From: an uncultured archaeon
Lineage (GTDB): Archaea; Asgardarchaeota; Heimdallarchaeia; Heimdallarchaeales; Heimdallarchaeaceae
DNA length: 18,846 bases
Direction: 5' to 3'
NCBI GenBank assembly: GCA_964549075.1
Contig: CAZJUB010000050.1
Location: forward strand, 1 to 18,846
The first letter of the stretch is position 1. Each line of letters opens with the position of its first letter. The translations under genes were made by a program, and so were the position numbers. This document shows positions 1 to 8,077 of the stretch, piece after piece. The notes beneath the pieces are model-generated. The model had not been told where the DNA came from, did no database searches, and saw only the letters and a list, made by a program, of their open reading frames with translations.

Positions 1-1011
1 ATCTCATATGCTGACCAAGGAGATAAAGAAGGGATTGAATCTGCTTTATTAGCAACTGAAGATTTTGTTAAGGATGAATCTGAATTTATGTTACTTTTTG
101 GAGATATTGTCTCTGAGAAAGGTTTGGTTTTGAGAGTTCTCAATGCTTTTGAAAATACTCAATCAGATATGGCTATGACTCTCACTCTTAGAGGTGACAC
201 TGGAGATTTTGGTATAGTTGAGATAGATTCTATGGGTCTTGTTAAAAAAGCCGGAATCAAAAAAGCTGATTTATCTTCTCATAGCAATTATGTTGACGCT
301 GGTTGTTTCATTCTTACTCCAAAAATCTTAGAAGAGATTAAAACTCAACCATCTATTGGTCAAGCTATTAACAATCGCATCCAAAAAGGTGACAAAGTTA
401 CAGCTGCAATCTGGGAGAAAGAGTGGTTTGATATCGGAAAACCATGGAATATAATAGAAGCAAATAAGCTGTTGTTATCAAAAATCAAGGAATCTAGAAT
501 AGCTAAAGATGTTGAAATTGGAGCTAATGTAATAATAAAAAATGCTGTTATCATTGAGAAGGGGACTGAAATCGGTTCAGGGACAGTTCTTAATGGACCA
601 CTATACATTGGCCCCAAAACCTATATTGGAAATAACACTTTAATTCGCGATCATTGTTCTATCGGAAAGGAATCAATAATTGGCTTTTCAAGTGAAATTA
701 AGAACTCAGTATTATTTGATGATGTGAAAACCTTTGGTCTTTGTTATGTTGGTGATAGTGTTATAGGAGAAAATACGCACTTATCTTCAGGTGTAATTAC
801 GGTAAATACAGAGATACCCAAACGAGAAATAACCATGAATGTTAATGGAAAAACACACAATACAGGTTTTATGAAACTTGGAGCAATTATTGGAGACAAC
901 TGCGAAATTGGTGTTAATACTCTTATCTTTCCTGGAAAGAGAATTGCTTCTAATAGTATAGTTTTACCTGGTACATCTATAACAGAGGATATGTTAGGAG
1001 ATAATTCTTAA
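1..1011 (+). CDS. Bifunctional sugar-1-phosphate nucleotidyltransferase/acetyltransferase (archaeal GlmU-like), 5'-truncated by the window edge
   Basis: Frame is open from base 1 (ISYADQGDKEGIESALL...FMLLFGD). NTP-transferase motifs LLFGD and WFDIGKPW are followed by hexapeptide repeats (IGSGTVLNGPLYIGPKTYIGNNTLIR, YVGDSVIGEN, KLGAIIGDNCEIGVN) typical of archaeal GlmU. Confidence 0.85.
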   Translation: MSYADQGDKEGIESALLATEDFVKDESEFMLLFGDIVSEKGLVLRVLNAFENTQSDMAMTLTLRGDTGDFGIVEIDSMGLVKKAGIKKADLSSHSNYVDAGCFILTPKILEEIKTQPSIGQAINNRIQKGDKVTAAIWEKEWFDIGKPWNIIEANKLLLSKIKESRIAKDVEIGANVIIKNAVIIEKGTEIGSGTVLNGPLYIGPKTYIGNNTLIRDHCSIGKESIIGFSSEIKNSVLFDDVKTFGLCYVGDSVIGENTHLSSGVITVNTEIPKREITMNVNGKTHNTGFMKLGAIIGDNCEIGVNTLIFPGKRIASNSIVLPGTSITEDMLGDNS

Positions 1012-1013
1012 TA

Positions 1014-1042
1014 AAATAAATAATAAAAGAAAAAGAAAATAA
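1014..1042 (-). terminator. T-rich tract downstream of the UPF0147 gene (probable archaeal intrinsic terminator)
   Basis: The + strand A-rich run aaaataaataataaaagaaaaagaaaata reads as oligo-T on the - strand, between convergent genes. Confidence 0.35.
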
Positions 1043-1064
1043 GAGACAGAGTGTTTCTTAGTTC

Positions 1065-1343
1065 CTAGTAATCAGCATAATCAGTTATCTCAAGAAGTGT
1101 AATGATTTGTAATAACATTGTTCTTGCATGAGCTGGACAATTTGGGTCTTGAGATATTTCATCTAGGATTTCTATTGCATTGTTTGCTTTAACTGCTATA
1201 CTTAATTCAGGATCTGGATCTCTTATGATTTCAAGTGAAGTTGTAGCTGCTCTTCTTATATTTCTTGGAACAGTTGTATCCTCACTTATTCTTTCTAATA
1301 GCTGAACAGCTTCATCTACTTGTTCTAGGGTTTCATCGCTCAC
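1065..1343 (-). CDS. UPF0147 family small archaeal protein
   Basis: Signature DTTVPRNIRRAA...LDEISQDPNCPAHART. The GTG at 1343 follows an SD-like GGGGTG; the ORF-track GTG at 1352 is an alternative start. Confidence 0.9.
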   Translation of the reverse strand: MSDETLEQVDEAVQLLERISEDTTVPRNIRRAATTSLEIIRDPDPELSIAVKANNAIEILDEISQDPNCPAHARTMLLQIITLLEITDYADY

Positions 1344-1392
1344 TTTTAACACCCCTTCAAAATCTTATGTCCAGTATTCTGTCATACTCTCG

Positions 1393-1410
1393 CTTTTTTA
1401 ATCATTTCGG
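1393..1410 (-). promoter_or_regulatory. BRE-TATA promoter for the UPF0147 gene
   Basis: The - strand reads CCGAAATGATTAAAAAAG, a purine-rich BRE followed by a TATA-like box. Confidence 0.5.
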
Positions 1411-1463
1411 TGTTAAATAGAAAATAAGATAAGAAAAGAACAAATATCATCCTAATTATTTAA

Positions 1464-2423
1464 TCAATGATTTTTTAACCAGCGTACATATTTACTTATT
1501 CCTTCGCTTATTGATGTAGAGAGATTCCAACCAAGTTCTTTGAGTTTTTTAATGTCTACAGAGGTAAAAGTGACGTCTCCTTTCCATCCTCTTTTACCAC
1601 CAGTGAATGAATAATTAACATTTGAAAGACCAAGTATTCTAACTAGTTCTTCTGCAACTTTCAATACTGAGGTTGTCTCATCTGAACTGACATTATAAAC
1701 TTCAAATCCTTTTTGCATTTTTTTGTGAATTAATGCAAAAGCTTCAACCGTGTCATCAATATAGAGGTAACTTTTAGCTTGAGTTCCATCACCAAGAATT
1801 TCCAGCTCTTTAGGATTTTTCTTAAGTTTGTGATAGAAATCATAAATTACGCCATGAGTAGATCGAGGTCCATAGATATTACCTAATCTCAAAGAGGTAA
1901 TATTAAAGCCATAAAGTGAAGAATAACTTGAGCAATACATTTCCGCTGCCGCTTTAGCTGCTCCATAGTTACTTATAGGTTTTAGAGGATAATGTTCAGG
2001 TGTAGGGTGAACATCAGGTTCTCCATAGACTGTACCAACCGAACTAGCAAAAATAAGATTGTTAATATCCCTTTTTCTCATAAATTCTAGTATATTAAAA
2101 GTGCCAATTACGTTAGTTTCAAAATCAATTCTAGGGTTATTGACACTGAATTTCACATCAGGTTGAGCTGCAAGATGGAAAATACCATCATAATTACTAT
2201 CTAAAGACAACAAATTTTCATAATTTTGAACGCTTATTTTGTGAAAATCTGCTTTTTTCTTTTCTATATACGTCTCGAGGTAACTTAAATCGCTTTTCGC
2301 TGATAAATCATCAACAACTGTTACGAAAAAACCATTTTTTATAAGCAGATCCACTATATGAGAACCGATAAAACCACACCCTCCAGTAACCAAGATGTTT
2401 TTAGAAATGGGAATTACCTCCAA
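1464..2423 (-). CDS. NAD-dependent epimerase/dehydratase (UDP-glucose 4-epimerase-like extended SDR)
   Basis: GGCGFIG Rossmann motif, HLAA, YGAAK catalytic YxxxK, GNIYGP. Start is uncertain (TTG 2423 or ATT 2408). Confidence 0.9.
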   Translation of the reverse strand: MEVIPISKNILVTGGCGFIGSHIVDLLIKNGFFVTVVDDLSAKSDLSYLETYIEKKKADFHKISVQNYENLLSLDSNYDGIFHLAAQPDVKFSVNNPRIDFETNVIGTFNILEFMRKRDINNLIFASSVGTVYGEPDVHPTPEHYPLKPISNYGAAKAAAEMYCSSYSSLYGFNITSLRLGNIYGPRSTHGVIYDFYHKLKKNPKELEILGDGTQAKSYLYIDDTVEAFALIHKKMQKGFEVYNVSSDETTSVLKVAEELVRILGLSNVNYSFTGGKRGWKGDVTFTSVDIKKLKELGWNLSTSISEGISKYVRWLKNH

Positions 2424-2430
2424 TTTTAAT

Positions 2431-3696
2431 CTAATCAAGTGCTTTCGAGAAATTTTCCAATTCTGTTAAGAAAATCTCGACTTCATCCATAGTATTATAG
2501 ATATAAAGCGAAGCTCTTGTTACACCTTCTCCCTTACCAGGATTCAAACCAATTTGATACTGGAATGGATGAACGCACATATTTCCAGATCTCATCAGTA
2601 TTTTGTGATTTGGTATCATATCATTGAAATATTCAGTTACATCATTATGGTTCATCACATCTGATTTTGGTCTAAATGATACAAGTGCTGCTCTTTGTTT
2701 ATAGTCTAGTGGTCCCAATACTTCAAATTTCTCTAACTCTAGAATCCCTTCTAATAATCGTTTCGAAAACGATTGCTCTCTATTATGTATATTCTCCATA
2801 CCTATTTTCTGCAGATAATCTACAGCTGCTCCTGCGCCTAACATACCCCCATAGTTCTGCAATCCTGCTTCGAACTTATGAGGTGGTGGAAGGTATTTTG
2901 GAGTAATTTTTCCATTTTCATAGATGACATCTTCAATTACATCTCCACCTACGAGAAACATATCTAGTTGTTCTAATAATTCATATTTTCCATAAAGCGC
3001 ACCTATACCAGTGGGGCCGCACGCTTTATGAATACTTAGAGCACTGAAATCCACATCTAATTTCTTAACGTCGAGTTTATTATGTGGAGCAAATTGAGCT
3101 TCATCAGAAACCACCCAAGCACCATGTTCATGAGAAATTTTTACAACGTCTTCTAAAGGTGCAACAGTTCCAGTTAGGTTAGATGCATGCACAAAAGAGA
3201 CAATTTTAGTTTTATCGTCTATCTTTTCTTCAAAATCTGCAGAATTGAATGTGCCATTGGGATGTGCATCTACAATTCTTAATTCACATCCAACTTCTTG
3301 ACACTTTTTAAAAAATGGAAGCATTCCACTATGATGTTCTAGTGATGTAGTGACAATGTTTTCATCTTTCTTTATTGGTAGAGTCGCTGCAATGATATTC
3401 AATGCTTCAGTTGCATTTCTTGTCCAAACAATCTCATTATGACTCCTTGCATTAATAAAACGTGTAATCTTCATACGAGCCTCTTCTGTAAGCTGACTTG
3501 TTTCCAAACCTAAACTGTGTGTTGACCTTCCAGCTCCACCACAAGCTCCTAGATGTCTGTAATAATATTCCATAGCTTCCCAAACTTGAACTGGTTTGAG
3601 AGACATGCAAGCAGAATCAAAATATATCAAATTCTTTCCTTCATAAAGTTCGCTTAAAACAGGAAAATCTCTTCTTATACGAGCCCAAACTACCAT
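2431..3696 (-). CDS. sufS: Cysteine desulfurase, SufS-like (class V PLP aminotransferase)
   Basis: IRRDFPVL, YFDSA, TRNATEALN, LEHHS, SIHK (PLP Lys) ACGPTGIGALYGK, FEAG, RSGNMC (persulfide Cys), RASLYIYNT. ATG 3696 is chosen because the longer ORF overlaps the upstream gene. Confidence 0.88.
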   Translation of the reverse strand: MVVWARIRRDFPVLSELYEGKNLIYFDSACMSLKPVQVWEAMEYYYRHLGACGGAGRSTHSLGLETSQLTEEARMKITRFINARSHNEIVWTRNATEALNIIAATLPIKKDENIVTTSLEHHSGMLPFFKKCQEVGCELRIVDAHPNGTFNSADFEEKIDDKTKIVSFVHASNLTGTVAPLEDVVKISHEHGAWVVSDEAQFAPHNKLDVKKLDVDFSALSIHKACGPTGIGALYGKYELLEQLDMFLVGGDVIEDVIYENGKITPKYLPPPHKFEAGLQNYGGMLGAGAAVDYLQKIGMENIHNREQSFSKRLLEGILELEKFEVLGPLDYKQRAALVSFRPKSDVMNHNDVTEYFNDMIPNHKILMRSGNMCVHPFQYQIGLNPGKGEGVTRASLYIYNTMDEVEIFLTELENFSKALD

Positions 3697-3706
3697 TTTA
3701 TCATCA

Positions 3707-3943
3707 CTACTCTGAAGCTTCAAGTAATTTCCAAGCAAATCCTTCAGAAGTCCATTTTCTCTCCACAATACCTTCTTCAACAAGCTGTTTTCCAGCTAAA
3801 ATAACATCTCCTCCCGAAGAACATCCTGCACACAGATCAGGGAATAAATCTCTCATAGCCATGATTTCTTTTGTTGTAGCAGGATTTTTTTCTTTTAGTA
3901 TTGCAATCACACACTTAATGTTTCTTTCTTTGAATTTGCCCAT
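3707..3943 (-). CDS. Small winged-helix-like protein with a CxxC motif (hypothetical)
   Basis: 78 aa. Helix-strand-helix-helix-hairpin pattern (VIAILKEKNPATTKEI...GDVILAGKQLVEEGIVERKWTSEGFAWKL). TATA box 5' of the ATG. Stop lies 10 nt before the sufS ATG. Confidence 0.75.
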   Translation of the reverse strand: MGKFKERNIKCVIAILKEKNPATTKEIMAMRDLFPDLCAGCSSGGDVILAGKQLVEEGIVERKWTSEGFAWKLLEASE

Positions 3944-3965
3944 ACTATCATAAGACCAGTTTTGA

Positions 3966-3972
3966 TTATAAA
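3966..3972 (-). promoter_or_regulatory. TATA box for a leaderless wHTH-sufS-epimerase transcript
   Basis: TTTATAA on the - strand ends about 23 nt upstream of ATG 3943. Confidence 0.55.
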
Positions 3973-4013
3973 TTTAAATCATTCTACTAATGTAAAATGA
4001 AGAAATGGAGGAT

Positions 4014-4937
4014 TCAGAAAAATTCAGAAAGTGATTGTTGTCCTTTTATTTTTAAAGGAGTAGATGAGAAAGACATCAAATGACCAATAATCTTAGATAG
4101 ATTACTAACATAGAGACTATTGTTAGATTTTGTAACTAGAAGTTTTCCTTTAGTACCAACAATTTCCCCTGTTATCTGAAAACTTTTCTCAACCTCATTC
4201 AAAATAGGATTACTTTGTAGGGAAGGAATCTCACCGTAGTATGAGGCTAGTTTGTGCTCTTTATTTAATAAATCTGAATCAGCTGTCCCATAACCACTTT
4301 TTGAAATATATGAATTTACATCTTCTACTACAGTTCTAAAATCAGGTATAGACTTTGAAAGATCAAAATTAAGTTGTCTAGCTTTAGTTGTTTTGCGGAT
4401 CATTTGAGAAATCTGAAGATCTGAAGATATAGCTTTTTCCAAACTTCTTGCTACAAAACCATTTTTAGCTCTTATAACTTCAACAGCTAAATCAGCTCCT
4501 TGATTTATCCATCGTTTTAATGGATTGAAAGAAACACCGACTTTTACATTATTTGCTATAAGTGCAATATAGACAGAACAAGGATTATTTCTACAATATT
4601 CATAAGCTTGTGGATTTTGAGTACAATTACCAAAAGGTTTACTAGCATCACAGAATAAGAAGCATTTCTCGAAATCTTTCTGTTCACAGCTATAACATCT
4701 ATTATATTGATTTTCTACGCTCTTATCACATAAATAGTATTTTTGTTTATTTATTGAATGACCTATACATTTTTTCTCTTCATATATTTTTAGATGGAAT
4801 TCATCACCTGGTGTAAGAAACTTCTTGAAAGTTTGATTAGGTGCTGTATCCAAGTCTCTAAAGATAAGATATGCATAGGGAGGGGTTGCTGGATCCCATT
4901 TTGTAGCAATCAAATGTTTGTTCAACAACATCTCCAC
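4014..4937 (-). CDS. DUF2797 family Cys-rich protein with a C-terminal PIP box
   Basis: Cys cluster (KCIG...C...RCYSC...C...C...YC), VYIA...KVGVS...RWINQGA, ITGEIVGTKGKLL. Ends in QQSLSEFF. Confidence 0.8.
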   Translation of the reverse strand: MEMLLNKHLIATKWDPATPPYAYLIFRDLDTAPNQTFKKFLTPGDEFHLKIYEEKKCIGHSINKQKYYLCDKSVENQYNRCYSCEQKDFEKCFLFCDASKPFGNCTQNPQAYEYCRNNPCSVYIALIANNVKVGVSFNPLKRWINQGADLAVEVIRAKNGFVARSLEKAISSDLQISQMIRKTTKARQLNFDLSKSIPDFRTVVEDVNSYISKSGYGTADSDLLNKEHKLASYYGEIPSLQSNPILNEVEKSFQITGEIVGTKGKLLVTKSNNSLYVSNLSKIIGHLMSFSSTPLKIKGQQSLSEFF

Positions 4938-4939
4938 TT

Positions 4940-6379
4940 TTATTTGTCTGACAAGATAAGAATCTGTTCTACTCCTTCAGATAACTGCTTTTTACAATTT
5001 TCGAATATTGAATAGATTTTTTCTTTCAATTGAGAGGATATAATGCCACGTTCTAAAAGTTGTTTTATAACACCATCGTCCATTTCTTTAATTTCATTGT
5101 CTTTTTTAATTAGCTCAAGACCTAAATCTATGTATCTCAACTTTCCACCATCACAAAGATCGATAGGAGTCACAATTTTAACAATTTGCCCTAGTAACAT
5201 ATCACCTCTTGAAATTTTAACATGAATTGACCAACTTCCTTCTTTTACAATAGTTGAAGATGTATCTCCTTGTTTTATATCCACATCCAGATTGTGATGT
5301 GCCCCTCTAGAAGATCTAAAACTTCTCTTTATATACAAAACATCTGCATTCCAACTCAGTTGACCTAGTATTCTTTCTTGAGGAGGTGAAGTCAAATTAT
5401 ACTCTTGAAGATAGATAATAGAATTTTCACTGAAATCTTTTTCCAAAATTAATTCCTTTAAAATACTAGCCAGTTTGTTCCCATCAAAATCAGAAGCTAT
5501 TCTTTCCGCAAATTGAGTTGTCAATTTTAATTCTGGAGAATAAGACATAAACCAGTGATACATAGGAATACTGGGAACAATCTCATTACGAACGGAAGTA
5601 ATTTCTTCTTTGGCAGCTTTAACAAATAAGACATGAGCAACTGTTTGTCCAGGTTGCAAAATACCAGGACCATAAGAAGATCCGGATATAAGTAAATCAA
5701 GTTCCTCCGCTCTTTGGACCAACTGATCTATATCTGCTTGAATAGCTTCTCTAGATGCTTTTGTTGCACTTGTTCTCATAATTAAACCATGGTCCCTAGG
5801 TCGCAAATCTTTTCCTAATGCAAATAATTTATCTCTATCAATTTTTGGTAATTTTCTAGAGACTCTAACAAAATTAGCATCGCGTTCAAGAATAACTGAT
5901 TGACCTGGAAAATGAACAACCGTTGAACAAACTGGTAATTGGTCTTCAAATATATTGAGTTGTTTAATTTGTACTACAACTTTCTGACCTTTATGGAAAT
6001 TTGAACCAAATAAAATAGCGTTAACATTTTCTCCTATGTCAATTACAGACAAGTTTTTTTCATTATTAATATGAACAACTTTTCCATTATATACAGCATG
6101 AAGTTGGACAGGATGTTGAAGGATAATAGAATCAGGTAGTTTCTTATGTAGAAGGGCAGTTAATGCAGAAACATATTCTTCTTCTCCTTCAATAGATATG
6201 CCATAACCACCAAGTATGTCTTGAATTTCAAGATCATAAGGATCTATTTTATCTTGTACTTTAAACACTTCAATCTGTTCAGGGAGGGCTTGAACAAGAG
6301 TGTAATTCAAGTTTTCAAAAATCAATTTAATGAGAGCAATATCATAAATGCTCCTTACACGAAAGGTTGGAGAAACCAT
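4940..6379 (-). CDS. fau-1: FAU-1-like RNA-binding protein / probable ribonuclease (S1 + RNase E/G-like + DUF402-like domains)
   Basis: N-terminal VRSIYDIAL (cf. FAU-1 IRGIYSTAL), S1-like VYNGKV...VIDIG...KGQKVVVQI, VRVSRKL, GLIMRTSA, and C-terminal TPIDL...RYIDL. SD AGGTGA at 6386-6391. Confidence 0.8.
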   Translation of the reverse strand: MVSPTFRVRSIYDIALIKLIFENLNYTLVQALPEQIEVFKVQDKIDPYDLEIQDILGGYGISIEGEEEYVSALTALLHKKLPDSIILQHPVQLHAVYNGKVVHINNEKNLSVIDIGENVNAILFGSNFHKGQKVVVQIKQLNIFEDQLPVCSTVVHFPGQSVILERDANFVRVSRKLPKIDRDKLFALGKDLRPRDHGLIMRTSATKASREAIQADIDQLVQRAEELDLLISGSSYGPGILQPGQTVAHVLFVKAAKEEITSVRNEIVPSIPMYHWFMSYSPELKLTTQFAERIASDFDGNKLASILKELILEKDFSENSIIYLQEYNLTSPPQERILGQLSWNADVLYIKRSFRSSRGAHHNLDVDIKQGDTSSTIVKEGSWSIHVKISRGDMLLGQIVKIVTPIDLCDGGKLRYIDLGLELIKKDNEIKEMDDGVIKQLLERGIISSQLKEKIYSIFENCKKQLSEGVEQILILSDK

Positions 6380-6498
6380 TACAAATCACCTATAGGCAGA
6401 AAATAGTTGAAGCGAATAAAAACTTAATGAAACAAAAGTTTCTAACAACACCATAAGATGAATTTAATTTGCTAGTATTAAAAATGAAAAAGATTAAG

Positions 6499-6581
6499 TG
6501 GAGCCAGGACGGGGATTTGAACCCCGGAGGCATTTGCCAGAGGTTTTCGAGACCACCGCCGTACCGCTTGGCTATCCTGGC
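6499..6581 (-). tRNA. tRNA-Ser(CGA), long variable arm, encoded CCA
   Basis: The - strand folds as GCCAGGA TA GCCAAGCGGTACGGC G GTGGT CT-CGA-AA ACCTC TGGCAAATGCCT C CGGGG TTCAAAT CCCCG TCCTGGC T CCA. Confidence 0.92.
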
Positions 6582-6653
6582 AGAAATCCATGAAACACAA
6601 TGATGGTTGGGTATAATTAATGCTGGAATAAAAAAATCTTTGTGTGATTTATC

Positions 6654-7247
6654 TTATTTTTCTATTCTTATAAATTGCCTACTTCCGCAACTTTTACAAC
6701 CTTTAGACGAACAATTTGAACAATAATAGAGTCCGCATTTAGCACACTTAGATGTTGCTTTATTACCGCAGCTAGAACAGCTTTTAACAATAACTCTTCC
6801 TTTAACTTTTATTCCAAGATATGCAATCCCCACTACACCACCAAGAACTGCGATAACTATTATGATTGTTCTAAAAACTCGCCAAACAGGGCTTGTATTA
6901 GGGGTAGAATCTCTAACAACTTTATACACTGTTACATTGAAGTATTCAATTAAATCTGAATCTACAGTCCAAGAGACAAGAGGTTTTACTTCTCCTACTT
7001 TCATACCTAAAACAGCATCGACAAAATGCACATTTACTGCATTCGAATTAACCTCGCATTGAAATGGACCAGATTCAGTGTATTCTACCTGGAATTCACC
7101 ATTTCTGTAACTCACAAAGCCTGTATTAATAACATCATCATATTCGACTCCCGCATATTTATCATAGGCACTTACTGAAAGTAAGGTATTGAATAGAAGA
7201 ATAGAGACCAAACCTATAAGGATAATAGAAGAACGAATATGCTTCAT
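6654..7247 (-). CDS. Single-pass membrane protein: signal peptide, degenerate FKBP-like domain, TM helix, C8 zinc finger
   Basis: Hydrophobic N-terminus ending VSA; FVDAVLGMKVGEVK FKBP helix motif; TM IIIVIAVLGGVVGIAYLGI; CSSC-x7-CAKC-x4-CSNC-x4-CKSC. Confidence 0.8.
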   Translation of the reverse strand: MKHIRSSIILIGLVSILLFNTLLSVSAYDKYAGVEYDDVINTGFVSYRNGEFQVEYTESGPFQCEVNSNAVNVHFVDAVLGMKVGEVKPLVSWTVDSDLIEYFNVTVYKVVRDSTPNTSPVWRVFRTIIIVIAVLGGVVGIAYLGIKVKGRVIVKSCSSCGNKATSKCAKCGLYYCSNCSSKGCKSCGSRQFIRIEK

Positions 7248-7269
7248 TGAATGAGGTGAGATATAGAAA

Positions 7270-7284
7270 CTTAAAAAAATTTCG
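7270..7284 (-). promoter_or_regulatory. BRE-TATA promoter for the 6654-7247 gene (leaderless)
   Basis: The - strand reads CGAAATTTTTTTAAG, ending about 23 nt before ATG 7247. Confidence 0.5.
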
Positions 7285-7295
7285 AAGTATACGAT

Positions 7296-7940
7296 TTATT
7301 TATACCTAATCAATGATCTGCCTTTACAATTTGGACATCCATTAGAAAAACATTTATTACAGAAACTTTTACCGCAACTCTTGCATTTACCAACAGCAAG
7401 AGATTTACAATTTGAACATCGTTTACCAAAAATCTTAGGTGAGTACCTATATACTAAATAAGAAGCACCAATAACAGCACCTAAACCAAGAACCACTCCT
7501 AAAATGATTAACAAAGTTCTTCCTAAATCCCCACCAGAACTAGGGTAAACATCAGTATAGGGATAATGATTGATTGCGTAAATTTTTAGATTTTGATAAA
7601 CCAAAGTTTCCCCAGCATACACCCCATATGTAGGATCAGAAGGAAGGAAACCTTTTTCTGGAGGGATTACTACATTGTTTTTTGTTTGTCCATTTTTCAT
7701 TCCTAATAGTACATCAAACAAACCAGGAGGATTAACAATTTCTGGTGCAAAATTAATTGAAATTGCATTGTCTTCTGTTATTGTTTCAATTAATAACGAA
7801 TTAACATAGAGCTGATAACCATAATCAACAAAATCTCCTTGTTCTAACACATATTTATCAGCATAACATGGAGCATAATTAGTAAAAGGTGCGACTATAA
7901 TAGGCAAAAACAATATTAGTAACAAAGCATAGCGCTTCAT
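7296..7940 (-). CDS. Single-pass membrane protein: signal peptide, FKBP-type PPIase-like domain, TM helix, C8 zinc finger (paralogue of the neighbouring gene)
   Basis: MKRYALLLILFLP signal; EQGDFVDYGY...PGLFDVLLGMKNGQTKNNVVIPPEKGF...YAGETLVY matches the archaeal FKBP/SlyD core; TM LLIILGVVLGLGAVIGASYLVY; CSNC-x7-CKSC-x4-CNKC-x4-CPNC. ATG 7940 is preferred over TTG 7955. Confidence 0.85.
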   Translation of the reverse strand: MKRYALLLILFLPIIVAPFTNYAPCYADKYVLEQGDFVDYGYQLYVNSLLIETITEDNAISINFAPEIVNPPGLFDVLLGMKNGQTKNNVVIPPEKGFLPSDPTYGVYAGETLVYQNLKIYAINHYPYTDVYPSSGGDLGRTLLIILGVVLGLGAVIGASYLVYRYSPKIFGKRCSNCKSLAVGKCKSCGKSFCNKCFSNGCPNCKGRSLIRYK

Positions 7941-8077
7941 CAAACCTAAAGGCAACCAACAAAATAAAAAGCTATCGAATTGTTATTCAGTAAATAAAAG
8001 TAGAAAGATAGCCTATAAACCCGGGATCAATTATAAAATTAAAATTTCTGTATATTAAATTTGAAGAAAAATAAGAT

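Noticed and set aside
3697-3783. N-terminal extension of SufS in the ORF track (likewise the HIT extension 9409-9504)
   Set aside because: These extensions overlap the upstream genes and precede the family-typical N-termini; the downstream ATGs fit better.
3707-3943. Z-alpha (Z-DNA/RNA binding) domain, suggested by the wing Trp (FAWKL)
   Set aside because: The N-x-x-L-Y recognition-helix residues and the wing prolines of Z-alpha are absent.
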